A DNA stretch of 64,000 nucleotides, taken from positions 40 through 64,039 of the forward strand of contig JAUIKM010000030.1 of the NCBI GenBank assembly GCA_030430495.1. Reading direction: 5' to 3'. Shown here one piece after another: positions 56,049 through 64,000 of this stretch. The stretch's first letter is position 1, and each line of letters begins with the position of its first letter. The position numbers and the translations under genes were made by a program. This DNA comes from a bacterium (GTDB lineage Bacteria > Bacteroidota > Ignavibacteria > Kapaibacteriales > UBA7675). A model generated the notes under the pieces. It searched no databases. It saw only the letters and a program-made list of their open reading frames with translations, and had not been told where the DNA came from.

Positions 56049-57608
56049 TTATTTGGCAAACGATGTGCTGCGGTATTCCCGTACAATCGTCACGCGAATC
56101 TGGCCCGGATATTCGAGCTCGTTTTCAACGCGCGCGGCGATATCGTTGGCCAGTTGATCCGCCAGCAGGTCGTCGACGCGCTCCGGCTCAACAATGACGC
56201 GGATTTCGCGGCCGGCCTGAATGGCGTATGTTTTATTAACACCTTCAAAGCTGCCGGCAATCGACTCGAGTTTTTCGAGGCGTTTAATATAGTTTTCGAG
56301 CGATTCGCGCCGCGCGCCGGGCCGTGCGCCGCTGATGCCGTCGCAGGCCTGCACAATGGCGGCAATGGGCGACTCCATTTCGATATCCTCGTGGTGCGCG
56401 CCGATGGCGTTGGCCACGATGGGATGTTCCTTGTAGCGCTTGGCCAGCTCGTAACCGAGCAGGGCGTGCGGGCCCTCGATGTTGCGATCGACGCATTTAC
56501 CGACGTCGTGCAGCAGACCGGCGCGTTTGGCCAGACGCGGATCAAAACCGAGTTCCACGGCCATAATGCCGCAGAGATACGCCACCTCGATCGAGTGATG
56601 CAGCAGGTTCTGACCGTAGCTGGAGCGGTACTTCATTTTACCGACGAGGCGCACCAGTTCGGGATGCACGTTGTGGATGTTTAACTCCAGCAGCGCGTTT
56701 TCACCTTCCTGGCGAATTTCCTCTTCGAGTTCCTTTTCGGTTTTGTTCACCAGTTCCTCGATGCGCGAGGGGTGAATGCGGCCGTCCGACATGAGGCGTT
56801 CGAGCGCAATCTTGGCGACCTGGCGACGGAAGGGATCAAAGCCGGAAATGATAACGGCTTCGGGCGTGTCGTCGATGATCAGGTCGACGCCGGTAGCGGC
56901 TTCAAAGGCGCGGATATTGCGACCTTCGCGGCCGATGATGCGGCCTTTCATGTCTTCGCTGGACAGGTTGACGACGGAGACGGTCGTCTCGATGGCGTGG
57001 TCGGAGGCGGTGCGCTGAATGGCCTGGACAACGACTTTCTGAGCTTCGCGTTTGGCATTGAGTTTGGCTTCGTCGCGAATTTCCTTGATGAGGTGAGCCG
57101 CGGCGGCCTTGGCCTCATTCTCGAGGTTTTCCATCAGGTACTTGAGCGCATCTTCGCGGGACATGCCGGTGATGCGTTCGAGGCGCGTGTTTTGCTCTTC
57201 GACGAGGGTTTCGACTTCGGCCAGTTTTTTCTCGATTTTCTTGCTTTTCTGGCCTACATCGCGATCGAGCGTTTGGAGTTGTTTTTCCTTCCGCGTGACG
57301 ATCTCGAGTTTTTTGTCGATGTTTTCCTCGCGGTTTTTAATCTGTTTTTCGAGGTTGAGGAGTTTATCGCGCGAGGACTGGGTTTTGTTCTCGAAGTCCT
57401 GTTTGCGTTTGTGCCATTCCTCCTTGGCTTCGAGCGTTTTTTCCTTGAGGAGGGCTTTGGCCTCTCCCTGGGCTTCGCTCCGGATGACCTTGGCCTGGGC
57501 TTCGGCATCGACGATTTTGGTTTGCGCGGCTTTACCGGCCACGTAATAACCGACGCCGAATCCGAGGATGAGCCCAAGGATACTGAGTATTATTGGGACG
57601 ATGTCCAT
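56049..57608 (-). CDS. rny: Ribonuclease Y
   Basis: 519 aa with an N-terminal TM (MDIVPIILSILGLILGFGVGYYV), a long Lys/Glu coiled coil, a KH domain (GRIIGREGRNIRAFE) and an HD domain (HSIEVAYL...LLHDVGK). Confidence 0.93.
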   Translation of the reverse strand: MDIVPIILSILGLILGFGVGYYVAGKAAQTKIVDAEAQAKVIRSEAQGEAKALLKEKTLEAKEEWHKRKQDFENKTQSSRDKLLNLEKQIKNREENIDKKLEIVTRKEKQLQTLDRDVGQKSKKIEKKLAEVETLVEEQNTRLERITGMSREDALKYLMENLENEAKAAAAHLIKEIRDEAKLNAKREAQKVVVQAIQRTASDHAIETTVSVVNLSSEDMKGRIIGREGRNIRAFEAATGVDLIIDDTPEAVIISGFDPFRRQVAKIALERLMSDGRIHPSRIEELVNKTEKELEEEIRQEGENALLELNIHNVHPELVRLVGKMKYRSSYGQNLLHHSIEVAYLCGIMAVELGFDPRLAKRAGLLHDVGKCVDRNIEGPHALLGYELAKRYKEHPIVANAIGAHHEDIEMESPIAAIVQACDGISGARPGARRESLENYIKRLEKLESIAGSFEGVNKTYAIQAGREIRVIVEPERVDDLLADQLANDIAARVENELEYPGQIRVTIVREYRSTSFAK

Positions 57609-58222
57609 GTTTCACCATGTAGAGGTTATTAATCACGCTCACCGCGCAGGTTCGGCGGAGGGGCCGTCCCGGAGTGCCGCACGGTCGTCATGGAGACATG
57701 ACGGGCGGATGCGGGCGAGCTGCGTATGCGTATTGTAGCCCTTGCAGTAGGGACCAGAAAAATTCACGGACAGGTGGAGAGGTGAGCTGGTACGCGGCGT
57801 CGGCGCCGCTCAATACGGGTTGAAGGTCGGAAGCGGGGATTGGTTATGTCGGGCGCGGCGCCATTCCGCCGCATAAAAAAAATGCCGTATCATGGCCGAC
57901 AATGAAGCGGAATAACCGCAAAGGTATTTAAGAACCCTACTCAACAATGCGGGTAAACGCCTGCGTATATTTTACGTCCACTGGATCCGGAATGGATCTT
58001 CATCCGCGAGGATGAATGAGGCCTGTAATTTATACCCAGAGCAGAATTCCCTGGTAGAATCTTTGTCGGTTCTTAAATAACGTCTTCAAGGTCGAACGAT
58101 ACGGCACTTATTTTTCCGAGTCGCCCCTTCAAGAACTTTCGCTAACGTTGTATACGCGAAAATATTTGCGTCCCGTATGTGTATTCGTACAGCACACCAC
58201 CGCACCTGGGATGCGGAGCGCG

Positions 58223-58516
58223 TCAGGCGCTTTCTCCGGCGCTTTTGGCCAGGAAATCGCCCATTTGCTCCAACTCGCTGGAAAGGTACTCAAGGTCGAA
58301 CCGGCTTCGCTGTTCGAGCTCGTAACCTTCCTCGGCGATGTTGAGCGCGGTCAACACCGTCAAGGCAGTAGTCGAAGGTTCTTTGATCTTATGGCGCAGG
58401 TGCTGGATTTTCACATCCACCTTTTCAGCCAGATGTCGCACTTTCGCTTCGTCATCCGAGCGCAGCTTGTATTCCTGGCCGCCGATTTTCACGTTGACGG
58501 ATTGCAGCGAACTCAT
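58223..58516 (-). CDS. zapA: Cell division protein ZapA
   Basis: 97 aa. VNVKIGGQEYKLRSDDEAKVRHLAEKVDVKIQ...ALTVLTALNIAEE matches the ZapA pattern. Confidence 0.82.
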   Translation of the reverse strand: MSSLQSVNVKIGGQEYKLRSDDEAKVRHLAEKVDVKIQHLRHKIKEPSTTALTVLTALNIAEEGYELEQRSRFDLEYLSSELEQMGDFLAKSAGESA

Positions 58517-58648
58517 CTAACTCCCCACGTCCTTCATGTCAAAACCTCGACAAAAATACATATTTGCATGTACCGATTCAACGATAAAGTACAGCGAGTA
58601 TGAAGCGCGTTCGCGTTTGAACGCTCCAGCCGAAGAAAACCGTGCCGC

Positions 58649-59839
58649 TCAGTCGTTCTTCAGCAAACTGTCTATGCGCGCCAGTGCATCGCGCACCTTG
58701 CGTTCGATAACTTCGCGTTTGGCGGCCGGGAACACGTCGCCGTCGGCGGCGTTCCGGTGCGCCTGCGCCAGCTCCCGCTCAAGTTCTTCTATGCGCTCGC
58801 GATACTGCGCCAGGCCTTCCCCGGAGTCGCCGGATTCATCATCGGCGTCGTGCGAAGGCGTGTTTTCAAGCGCCTTGAGGCGCGTACTTAACTGATCGAC
58901 CTGGCGGCGCAGCTGCAGCGCCTGGGCCTCGCGTTCACGACGTTCGACGTCGTGCCGCCCGAGGTTGTCTTCCAGTACGGCGATGCGCTGTTTCAGCTCG
59001 GAAATCTGCGCGCGCAGTTCGTCGGCTTCGGCTTGCGCATCGCGCAGGCCGTCTTCGGCGCGGCTCTTTTCGTCGGCCAGGCGTTCGATTTCGGCGTAGA
59101 GTTCGCGATTTTTCTCGCGCCATTCATTTTCGATGGCGCTGGTGGAAAAGAGGTCGGCCTGATAGGGTTCGCGCGACTGACGCAGGCGTTCGCGTTCGAT
59201 GCTGACTTCGTCGTAGAGACGGCGCATGCGATCGAGTTCGGCGCGCAGGGCGTCGATTTCACTGCGTCCGGCCAGTGGATCGCCGGCATCCGACTCGGTT
59301 TCGGCCTGCGATGCGCGGGGCTGATCGGCCTGATTCTGCAGTTGCGCCACGGTGTTTTCGAGTTCGGCGACGCGGTTGCGATATTCGAGTATTTCTTTCT
59401 GGCCGGCGTGAATCTGGTTGTTGCGACTGACGAGTTCGGCGCGCAGGAACTCGTTGTCTTTGGACGCGGACCTGAATTCTTCGAGCCGGCTCGAGGTTTG
59501 TTCGAGCGATTGTTTGTCGCTTGCGACTTGTAGTTTGAGGGCCTGGTGTTCGGTTTTGAGTTCGGCGAGTTCAGCCGCAAGCTGGACGCGTTCGGCTTCG
59601 ATGCTGTCGAGCAGCTCGGAGGTTTCGCGTTGTTCGAGGTCGAGGCGCTCATGCGCGCTTTCGCGGTGCGAGAGCCCGCTTTCGAGCTCTTCAACGCGGG
59701 CCTGGAGGCTTTCGTTGTCGTCGCGCAGGGTCACGATCAACTCGCCGGCGCGGCGGATATGCGTCCAGAGTTTGTTGACGGCGTTTTCTATCGCCGGGCT
59801 GGGTTTGCGCTGTTTATCCGGGGTCGCGTGAACATCCAT
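58649..59839 (-). CDS. Coiled-coil protein (first gene of the zapA-rny operon)
   Basis: 396 aa, almost entirely heptad-like Glu/Arg/Leu/Gln sequence. No other motif. Confidence 0.65.
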   Translation of the reverse strand: MDVHATPDKQRKPSPAIENAVNKLWTHIRRAGELIVTLRDDNESLQARVEELESGLSHRESAHERLDLEQRETSELLDSIEAERVQLAAELAELKTEHQALKLQVASDKQSLEQTSSRLEEFRSASKDNEFLRAELVSRNNQIHAGQKEILEYRNRVAELENTVAQLQNQADQPRASQAETESDAGDPLAGRSEIDALRAELDRMRRLYDEVSIERERLRQSREPYQADLFSTSAIENEWREKNRELYAEIERLADEKSRAEDGLRDAQAEADELRAQISELKQRIAVLEDNLGRHDVERREREAQALQLRRQVDQLSTRLKALENTPSHDADDESGDSGEGLAQYRERIEELERELAQAHRNAADGDVFPAAKREVIERKVRDALARIDSLLKND

Positions 59840-60236
59840 GCGTGCAAGGACATCGATTGATTAAGAAATCACCTGCAATGAATCAGGCCAACTGCTAGAT
59901 ACAAAATAGTTTACGTTTTTTCAATTCATGCAGACTTCAGGTTGCAAGATACGACAAAAAACCATTGAGCCGCACGGAGTTATGAAAAGACGGGGTGATT
60001 GAAGTCGTCGGGATTCAAGCGGTGAACACAAGTCCGGGATCGGAGAGAATCACCGGAAGAATGGACATTTCTTGAGCGAGTGTCGGCGGCGGAGCAGCCG
60101 CGGGTGCGAAACAGCTGAGTCGGAGAGAGTGTGTTGTGGCCTTGCAGTCAGGAGCGACGGGAAAGGTTGAATAGTTGGCACCTTTGAACTACGGCACGTT
60201 TTGACCCACTGCATGTTTTCATCCACGGCACGACTT

Positions 60237-60583
60237 GAACAAAGGCGCGAACGGAACAAAGATGTGACTGAACAAGGGAGGCAGCGGAACCAAGGTGTGA
60301 CTGAACAAAGGCACGAACGGACAGAACCAGCAACAGAACAGAGCCGGCAACGGAACAGAGCCGGCAGCGGAACAGAACCAGCAACGGAACAGAGCCGGCA
60401 GCGGAACAGAACCGGCAGCGGAACAGAGCCGGCAACGGAACAGAGACGGCAACGGAACAGAACCGGCAGCGGAACAGAGCCGGCAACGGAACAGAGCCGG
60501 CAACGGAACAGAGACGGCAGCGGAACAGAGACGGCAACGGAACAGAGACAGCAGCGGAACAGAACCAGCAACGGAACAAAGTC
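60237..60583. repeat. 17-bp direct tandem array (consensus GAACAGAGCCGGCAACG), about 20 units
   Basis: There are 14 well-conserved head-to-tail units from 60336 to 60573 (GAACAGARMCRGCARCG), preceded by 6 degenerate 16-17-bp units from 60237. A period of 17 is not a multiple of 3. Confidence 0.93.
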
Positions 60584-60764
60584 ATGAATTGTACAACATG
60601 AAAGCAAACACAAAAACTGTAAAGGTCGACGTTCATCTTCCCAGGTCCTGCCGTCGAGCGGCGCGCCCATGCGTTTGGAGTCTGTCGGGAGCCTTTGGGC
60701 CGGAAGTAAAAAAGTCCTGGTGAGATGTTGACGGTGTTGGAGTCCGGAGAAGGCCGGAAAGACG

Positions 60765-61055
60765 TAAGTTGTTGATTTCACACGGGTTACGGCTTGTTCG
60801 ATGCAGGCGGGTTGATGAGTGGACGCACTTCCGGCTAGATCTGGGGCCCGCCCCGCCGCCACCTCGGGAAGCTCCACCACGTTCCAACGCACTCCTCCCA
60901 CCCTGCATCAGTGCAAGTTTTCTTGAGTAAGCCGGTCGCGGATTTCACGCGCCGCATGCTGCGCGCTCGTCAACAGCAAGCTTAATCACCCTGCAAACCA
61001 AATTCCACCGTAAAAAACTGAACGTAGCCCAACTCGTGGGTGAACGGCCCCTAAA
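60765..61055 (+). repeat. Dispersed intergenic repeat family 1, copy D
   Basis: Closest to copy A over about 290 bp: GTTGTTGATTTCA, CTAGATCTGGGGCCCGCCCCGCCGCCACC, the hairpin GCACT-CCTCCCACCCTGCATC-AGTGC (60889-60914) followed by AAGTTTTCTT, CGCCGCATGCTGCGCGC, and AAAAAACTGAACGTAGCCC...GTGGGTGAACGGCCCC. Confidence 0.85.
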
Positions 61056-61222
61056 GCTGTATAAACGGCAACGCCCAGACAGGCCGGGCGTCCCTGTTTG
61101 TATCTGAACTGCACAGAAGCTGCGCGTGCTCTTTTCGCAGCTCCACGCCGAGTTGTTTTTGCACCGAAGCCACTTGCCTGCCGAGCCGCTTGTTGACGTC
61201 GGAATCCTTAGAGGTGCGGTAG
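61056..61222 (-). pseudogene. Degenerate tandem duplicate of the pheT 3' end plus its terminator
   Basis: A 167-bp unit starting GCTGTATAAAC at 61056 repeats at 61223. Copy 1 retains DVNKR..QVASVQKQLGVELR (compare DVNKRIDKIVASVQKQLGGELR* in pheT), but the stop is mutated and the hairpin is weakened (ACGCCCAGACAGGCCGGGCGT). Confidence 0.8.
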
Positions 61223-61224
61223 GC

Positions 61225-61259
61225 TGTATAAACCGCAACGCCCGGACATGCCGGGCGTT
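61225..61259 (-). terminator. pheT terminator hairpin
   Basis: AACGCCCGG-ACAT-GCCGGGCGTT (61237-61259), 40 nt after the pheT stop, followed on the minus strand by GCGGTTTATAC. Confidence 0.65.
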
Positions 61260-61298
61260 CCTGTTTGTATCTGAACTGCACAGAAGCTGCGCGTGCTC

Positions 61299-63710
61299 TT
61301 AACGCAACTCCCCGCCGAGTTGTTTTTGCACCGAAGCCACAATCTTGTCGATGCGTTTGTTGACGTCGGCATCTTTCAGCGTGCGGTCGATCGCATTAAA
61401 ACGCAACGCAAACGCCACGCTCTTTTTGCCTTCGCCCAGCGACTCGCCTTCAAACACGTCAAAGACGTGCGCATCCTGCAGGATCGGTGCGCCGCCGCGT
61501 TCTATCTGCGCCAGAATGTCGCCCGCCGCAACAGCTTTGTCCACCACGAACGCCAGGTCGCGTTTAACAACGGGGAAAGGTGAAATTCCTTCCAACACGC
61601 CGTCGCGACGATCCAGTTGTTCAAGTGCGCTGAAATCAAGCACACAAACAAACACATCCTGCTCAATGCCAAACTGTCCGGCTACGGCCGAAGATATTCG
61701 ACCGGCATAGCCCACAACGTTTTTGCGTTGGTAAATCTGCACACAGTCGCCGCCGAACCAGGGCGCCGTTTCTGCTGCCGCTTTAACACGAAGTTTAACA
61801 AAGGCAAAACGCTCGATTAACGCTTCGACGACGCCTTTGATGTCAAAGAAATCGACATCGCGTGCCTTTTCACTCCAGCTGTCGGCGGCGGTTCCGCTCA
61901 GCGCGATCACCAGCTCACGGCCTTCGCGAATCCCGCCGATAAACTCGTCTGCATCTGCGTCGCGATTAAACACCTTGCCGATTTCGTACACACGCACGGC
62001 GTCCGCATCAAAGCGCAGGTTGCGTTCAACAACGCGCAGCACCGACGGCAGCACGCTGGGACGCATGATCGACAACTCTTCACCGAGCGGATTGGCCAGC
62101 TCAATCAGTGAATCCCCGCTTAACGCCGCAGCCGTTTTATCGATCTGGTTGGGCGTTGAAATCTCGGAGAATCCAAGGCTGCGCAGCCAGGCGCCTACTT
62201 CTTCGCGCATCGGATTCGGCCGAAGCTGCGCCGGCACGCGACCACTCTCCAGCGGCAGTCCGGAAACGGCGGCTTCCTGAATTGTTTCATAGCCGTGCAG
62301 CCGTGCAATTTCTTCAATCAGATCGGCTTCCTGCTCTATGTCAATGCGATAACTCGGCACGCGTACTGTAATTGAATCGCCGTCTGCCGTGATGACGTCG
62401 AACCCGAGCGCCGCCAGGTACTCGCGGGCCTGCTGTGCGCTGACGTCAACGCCGATGATTTCACATGCGCGTTTAACACGCACCGACACTTCGGCCGCCT
62501 CCACAGGCTGCGGATACTCGTCGATCACGCCGGCGAGAATGCGTCCACCGCCGAGTTCGGCCATTAATTGCGCTGCGCGATCCAGCGCATAGCGCACATT
62601 GTTAACATCCGCCCCGCGCTCAAAACGGTAGGACGCGTCGCTCTGAATTGCCAGCTTCTTTGACGTACGCCGCACGGAAGCGGGCTTAAACCAGGCCGAC
62701 TCTATAAAGACATTTTTGCTTGTATCGCTGATTTCGCTGTTCTGTCCGCCCATCACGCCCGCAATCGCCACGTCGCGCTCGGCGTCGCAAATCATTAACA
62801 TCTGCGCATCCAGGGTGCGCTCCTTGTCGTCCAGCGTCGTGAACTTCTGTCCTTCGGCGGCCGTTTTGACGATGATGTTGTTGCCCTTTAACTCATCCAG
62901 ATCAAATGCGTGCAGCGGGTGCCCGCACTCCATCAACACGTAGTTGGTGATGTCGACGATGTTATTCCGCGGGCGCAGTCCGACGGCTTCAAGCCGGCGT
63001 TTTAACCAGTCGGGCGATTCGGCGATCGTGACATCCTTAACAATTCGTCCGGCGTAACGCGGACACAGCTCCGTGTCGCGCAGTTCAATGGTAAATTGTC
63101 CGTCGATCGACTCCGCATCTTCCTGTAGTTTAAGCTCCGGCCGTTTAACGGTTTTGCCGTAGCGTGCGGCTACTTCGCGCGCGATGCCGATATGGGAAAG
63201 GCTGTCGGCGCGGTTCGGCGTAATCGAGAGGTCGATGGCTACGTCGTTTGCGCCCAGATATTCGGCCAGCGGCATCCCGATCGTCGGCTCGCCGTCCAGC
63301 ACCCAGATCCCGTCGTGGTCTTCGCCCAGCTCCAGCTCGGACACCGAACAGATCATTCCCTGCGACACAACCCCGCGCAGCTTGCGTTTTTCAATGGTAA
63401 ATCCCGCGCTCGGCACCACCGCCCCTTCGATCGCCACAGCCACGAACTGGCCGGCATCGACATTCGGCGCACCGCAGACGATCGTGCGGTTTTCGGCCTC
63501 GCCGACGGTCACGGTACAAACGGACAGCGTGTCGGCATCCGGATGTTTGATGCGCTCAAGGACTTTTCCGACAAAAAACTGGTCGAATTTGGCGCCGAGC
63601 GGAGTAACTTCCTCAACCTCGAAGCCAAGCATAGTAAGGGTTTCGGCCAGTTCCTTCACGGGAACATCTATATCAACGTAGTCTTTGAGCCAATCGAGCG
63701 AGATAATCAT
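61299..63710 (-). CDS. pheT: Phenylalanine--tRNA ligase beta subunit
   Basis: 803 aa. N-terminal MIISLDWLKDYVDIDV and tRNA-binding domain, then B3/4, B5 and the C-terminal FDX-ACB domain (VFDVFEGESLGEGKKSVAFAL). Confidence 0.95.
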   Translation of the reverse strand: MIISLDWLKDYVDIDVPVKELAETLTMLGFEVEEVTPLGAKFDQFFVGKVLERIKHPDADTLSVCTVTVGEAENRTIVCGAPNVDAGQFVAVAIEGAVVPSAGFTIEKRKLRGVVSQGMICSVSELELGEDHDGIWVLDGEPTIGMPLAEYLGANDVAIDLSITPNRADSLSHIGIAREVAARYGKTVKRPELKLQEDAESIDGQFTIELRDTELCPRYAGRIVKDVTIAESPDWLKRRLEAVGLRPRNNIVDITNYVLMECGHPLHAFDLDELKGNNIIVKTAAEGQKFTTLDDKERTLDAQMLMICDAERDVAIAGVMGGQNSEISDTSKNVFIESAWFKPASVRRTSKKLAIQSDASYRFERGADVNNVRYALDRAAQLMAELGGGRILAGVIDEYPQPVEAAEVSVRVKRACEIIGVDVSAQQAREYLAALGFDVITADGDSITVRVPSYRIDIEQEADLIEEIARLHGYETIQEAAVSGLPLESGRVPAQLRPNPMREEVGAWLRSLGFSEISTPNQIDKTAAALSGDSLIELANPLGEELSIMRPSVLPSVLRVVERNLRFDADAVRVYEIGKVFNRDADADEFIGGIREGRELVIALSGTAADSWSEKARDVDFFDIKGVVEALIERFAFVKLRVKAAAETAPWFGGDCVQIYQRKNVVGYAGRISSAVAGQFGIEQDVFVCVLDFSALEQLDRRDGVLEGISPFPVVKRDLAFVVDKAVAAGDILAQIERGGAPILQDAHVFDVFEGESLGEGKKSVAFALRFNAIDRTLKDADVNKRIDKIVASVQKQLGGELR

Positions 63711-63847
63711 GACGGCATCCGCAGTAAATCAGAGAAAACGCCCGGCAGTCGGCGCAGGGAAAGCTGTAAAAATACGTAAAAGGGACTGCCACATCAAAAA
63801 TAGTTTGCATAGATGCCGGGAAAGTAGTAAGTTGCTGTTCTATACAT

Positions 63848-63920
<73 letters not shown>

Positions 63921-63935
63921 CAAAGACACAAGATA

Positions 63936-63972
63936 AAGCCTTGTAAGTTAACGACTTACAGGGCTTTTGTGT
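63936..63972 (+). terminator. Rho-independent terminator after tRNA-fMet
   Basis: AAGCCTTGTAAGT-TAACG-ACTTACAGGGCTT followed by TTGTGTGTT. Confidence 0.8.
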
Positions 63973-64000
63973 GTTCAAGGGCGCGCGCCGCTTTCACTCC

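Noticed and set aside
60237-60583. CRISPR array
   Set aside because: The units are directly abutting with no spacers, the unit is only 17 bp, and there are no cas genes or leader. The same reasoning excludes the 102-bp array at 1-272 and the 15-bp array at 26059-26238, which is in frame inside a gene.
60050-60908. Overlapping ORFs of 91-283 aa on both strands (for example a Cys/Leu-rich LFRCRLCSVAGSVPLP repeat protein)
   Set aside because: They arise because the 17-bp unit has no stop codon in any frame. A 17-bp period gives a 51-bp (17-aa) pseudo-repeat in all three frames at once, which is the signature of non-coding DNA.
61056-61387. Diversity-generating retroelement TR/VR pair, or attL/attR flanking a resident element
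   Set aside because: There is no reverse transcriptase or integrase in the window. The differences between the copies are not adenine-specific. The two copies abut each other with nothing between them. An old integration scar remains possible and is listed as a finding.

Overview
GC-rich (about 60% by eye) chromosomal segment from a bacterium that uses the type IX secretion system. Two secreted enzymes end in the PNP-type Por/T9SS C-terminal sorting domain, which suggests the FCB group; the exact taxon cannot be told from sequence alone. I support about 40 protein genes, 2 tRNAs, several intrinsic terminators, one OxyR operator and several repeat classes.

Housekeeping content:
- an orphan fused-ATPase ABC protein, a cyclase-family protein and an FAD oxidoreductase
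- a Rieske / cytochrome b-like pair
- ftsB-like, a ROK kinase, ridA and an HdrD/GlpC-like Fe-S oxidoreductase
- the ahpC-ahpD / oxyR divergon
- a complete five-gene peptide ABC importer, plus a second orphan peptide-binding lipoprotein next to an NlpC/P60 peptidase and a T9SS-tagged M1 aminopeptidase
- rnz with tRNA-Ala, a DASS transporter, the coiled-coil/zapA/rny operon, pheT and initiator tRNA-Met

Accessory content:
- two paralogous giant beta-helix-like surface proteins (1594 and 1383 aa) and a 601-aa Ig-repeat protein. All three end in the same roughly 150-aa C-terminal module with a half-dockerin-like Ca-loop motif.
- a signal-peptide-less PG-binding/lytic transglycosylase with a (DGDxQ)12 repeat
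- a vWA lipoprotein, an LVIVD lipoprotein and an FG-GAP/ASPIC protein

No rRNA, CRISPR array, cas gene, transposase, integrase, reverse transcriptase or phage gene is visible.

Most interesting signals:
1. A 113-aa ORF with nine evenly spaced Cys-Cys doublets, directly upstream of a SigZ-type ECF sigma factor that has its own Cys-rich tail.
2. The shared, non-T9SS C-terminal module on three secreted proteins.
3. A four-copy, same-orientation family of roughly 270-300 bp intergenic repeats with a conserved C-rich hairpin loop.
4. A 17-bp x ~20 non-coding tandem array and a 167-bp tandem duplication of the pheT 3' end plus terminator.
5. A cytochrome b-like protein that keeps only one of the two canonical His ligand pairs.
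6. Two ORF-free, hairpin-rich spacers (tRNA-Ala side, and zapA-rny) that look like unassigned structured RNAs.

All family and function assignments come from motif recognition by eye. No database search was run.
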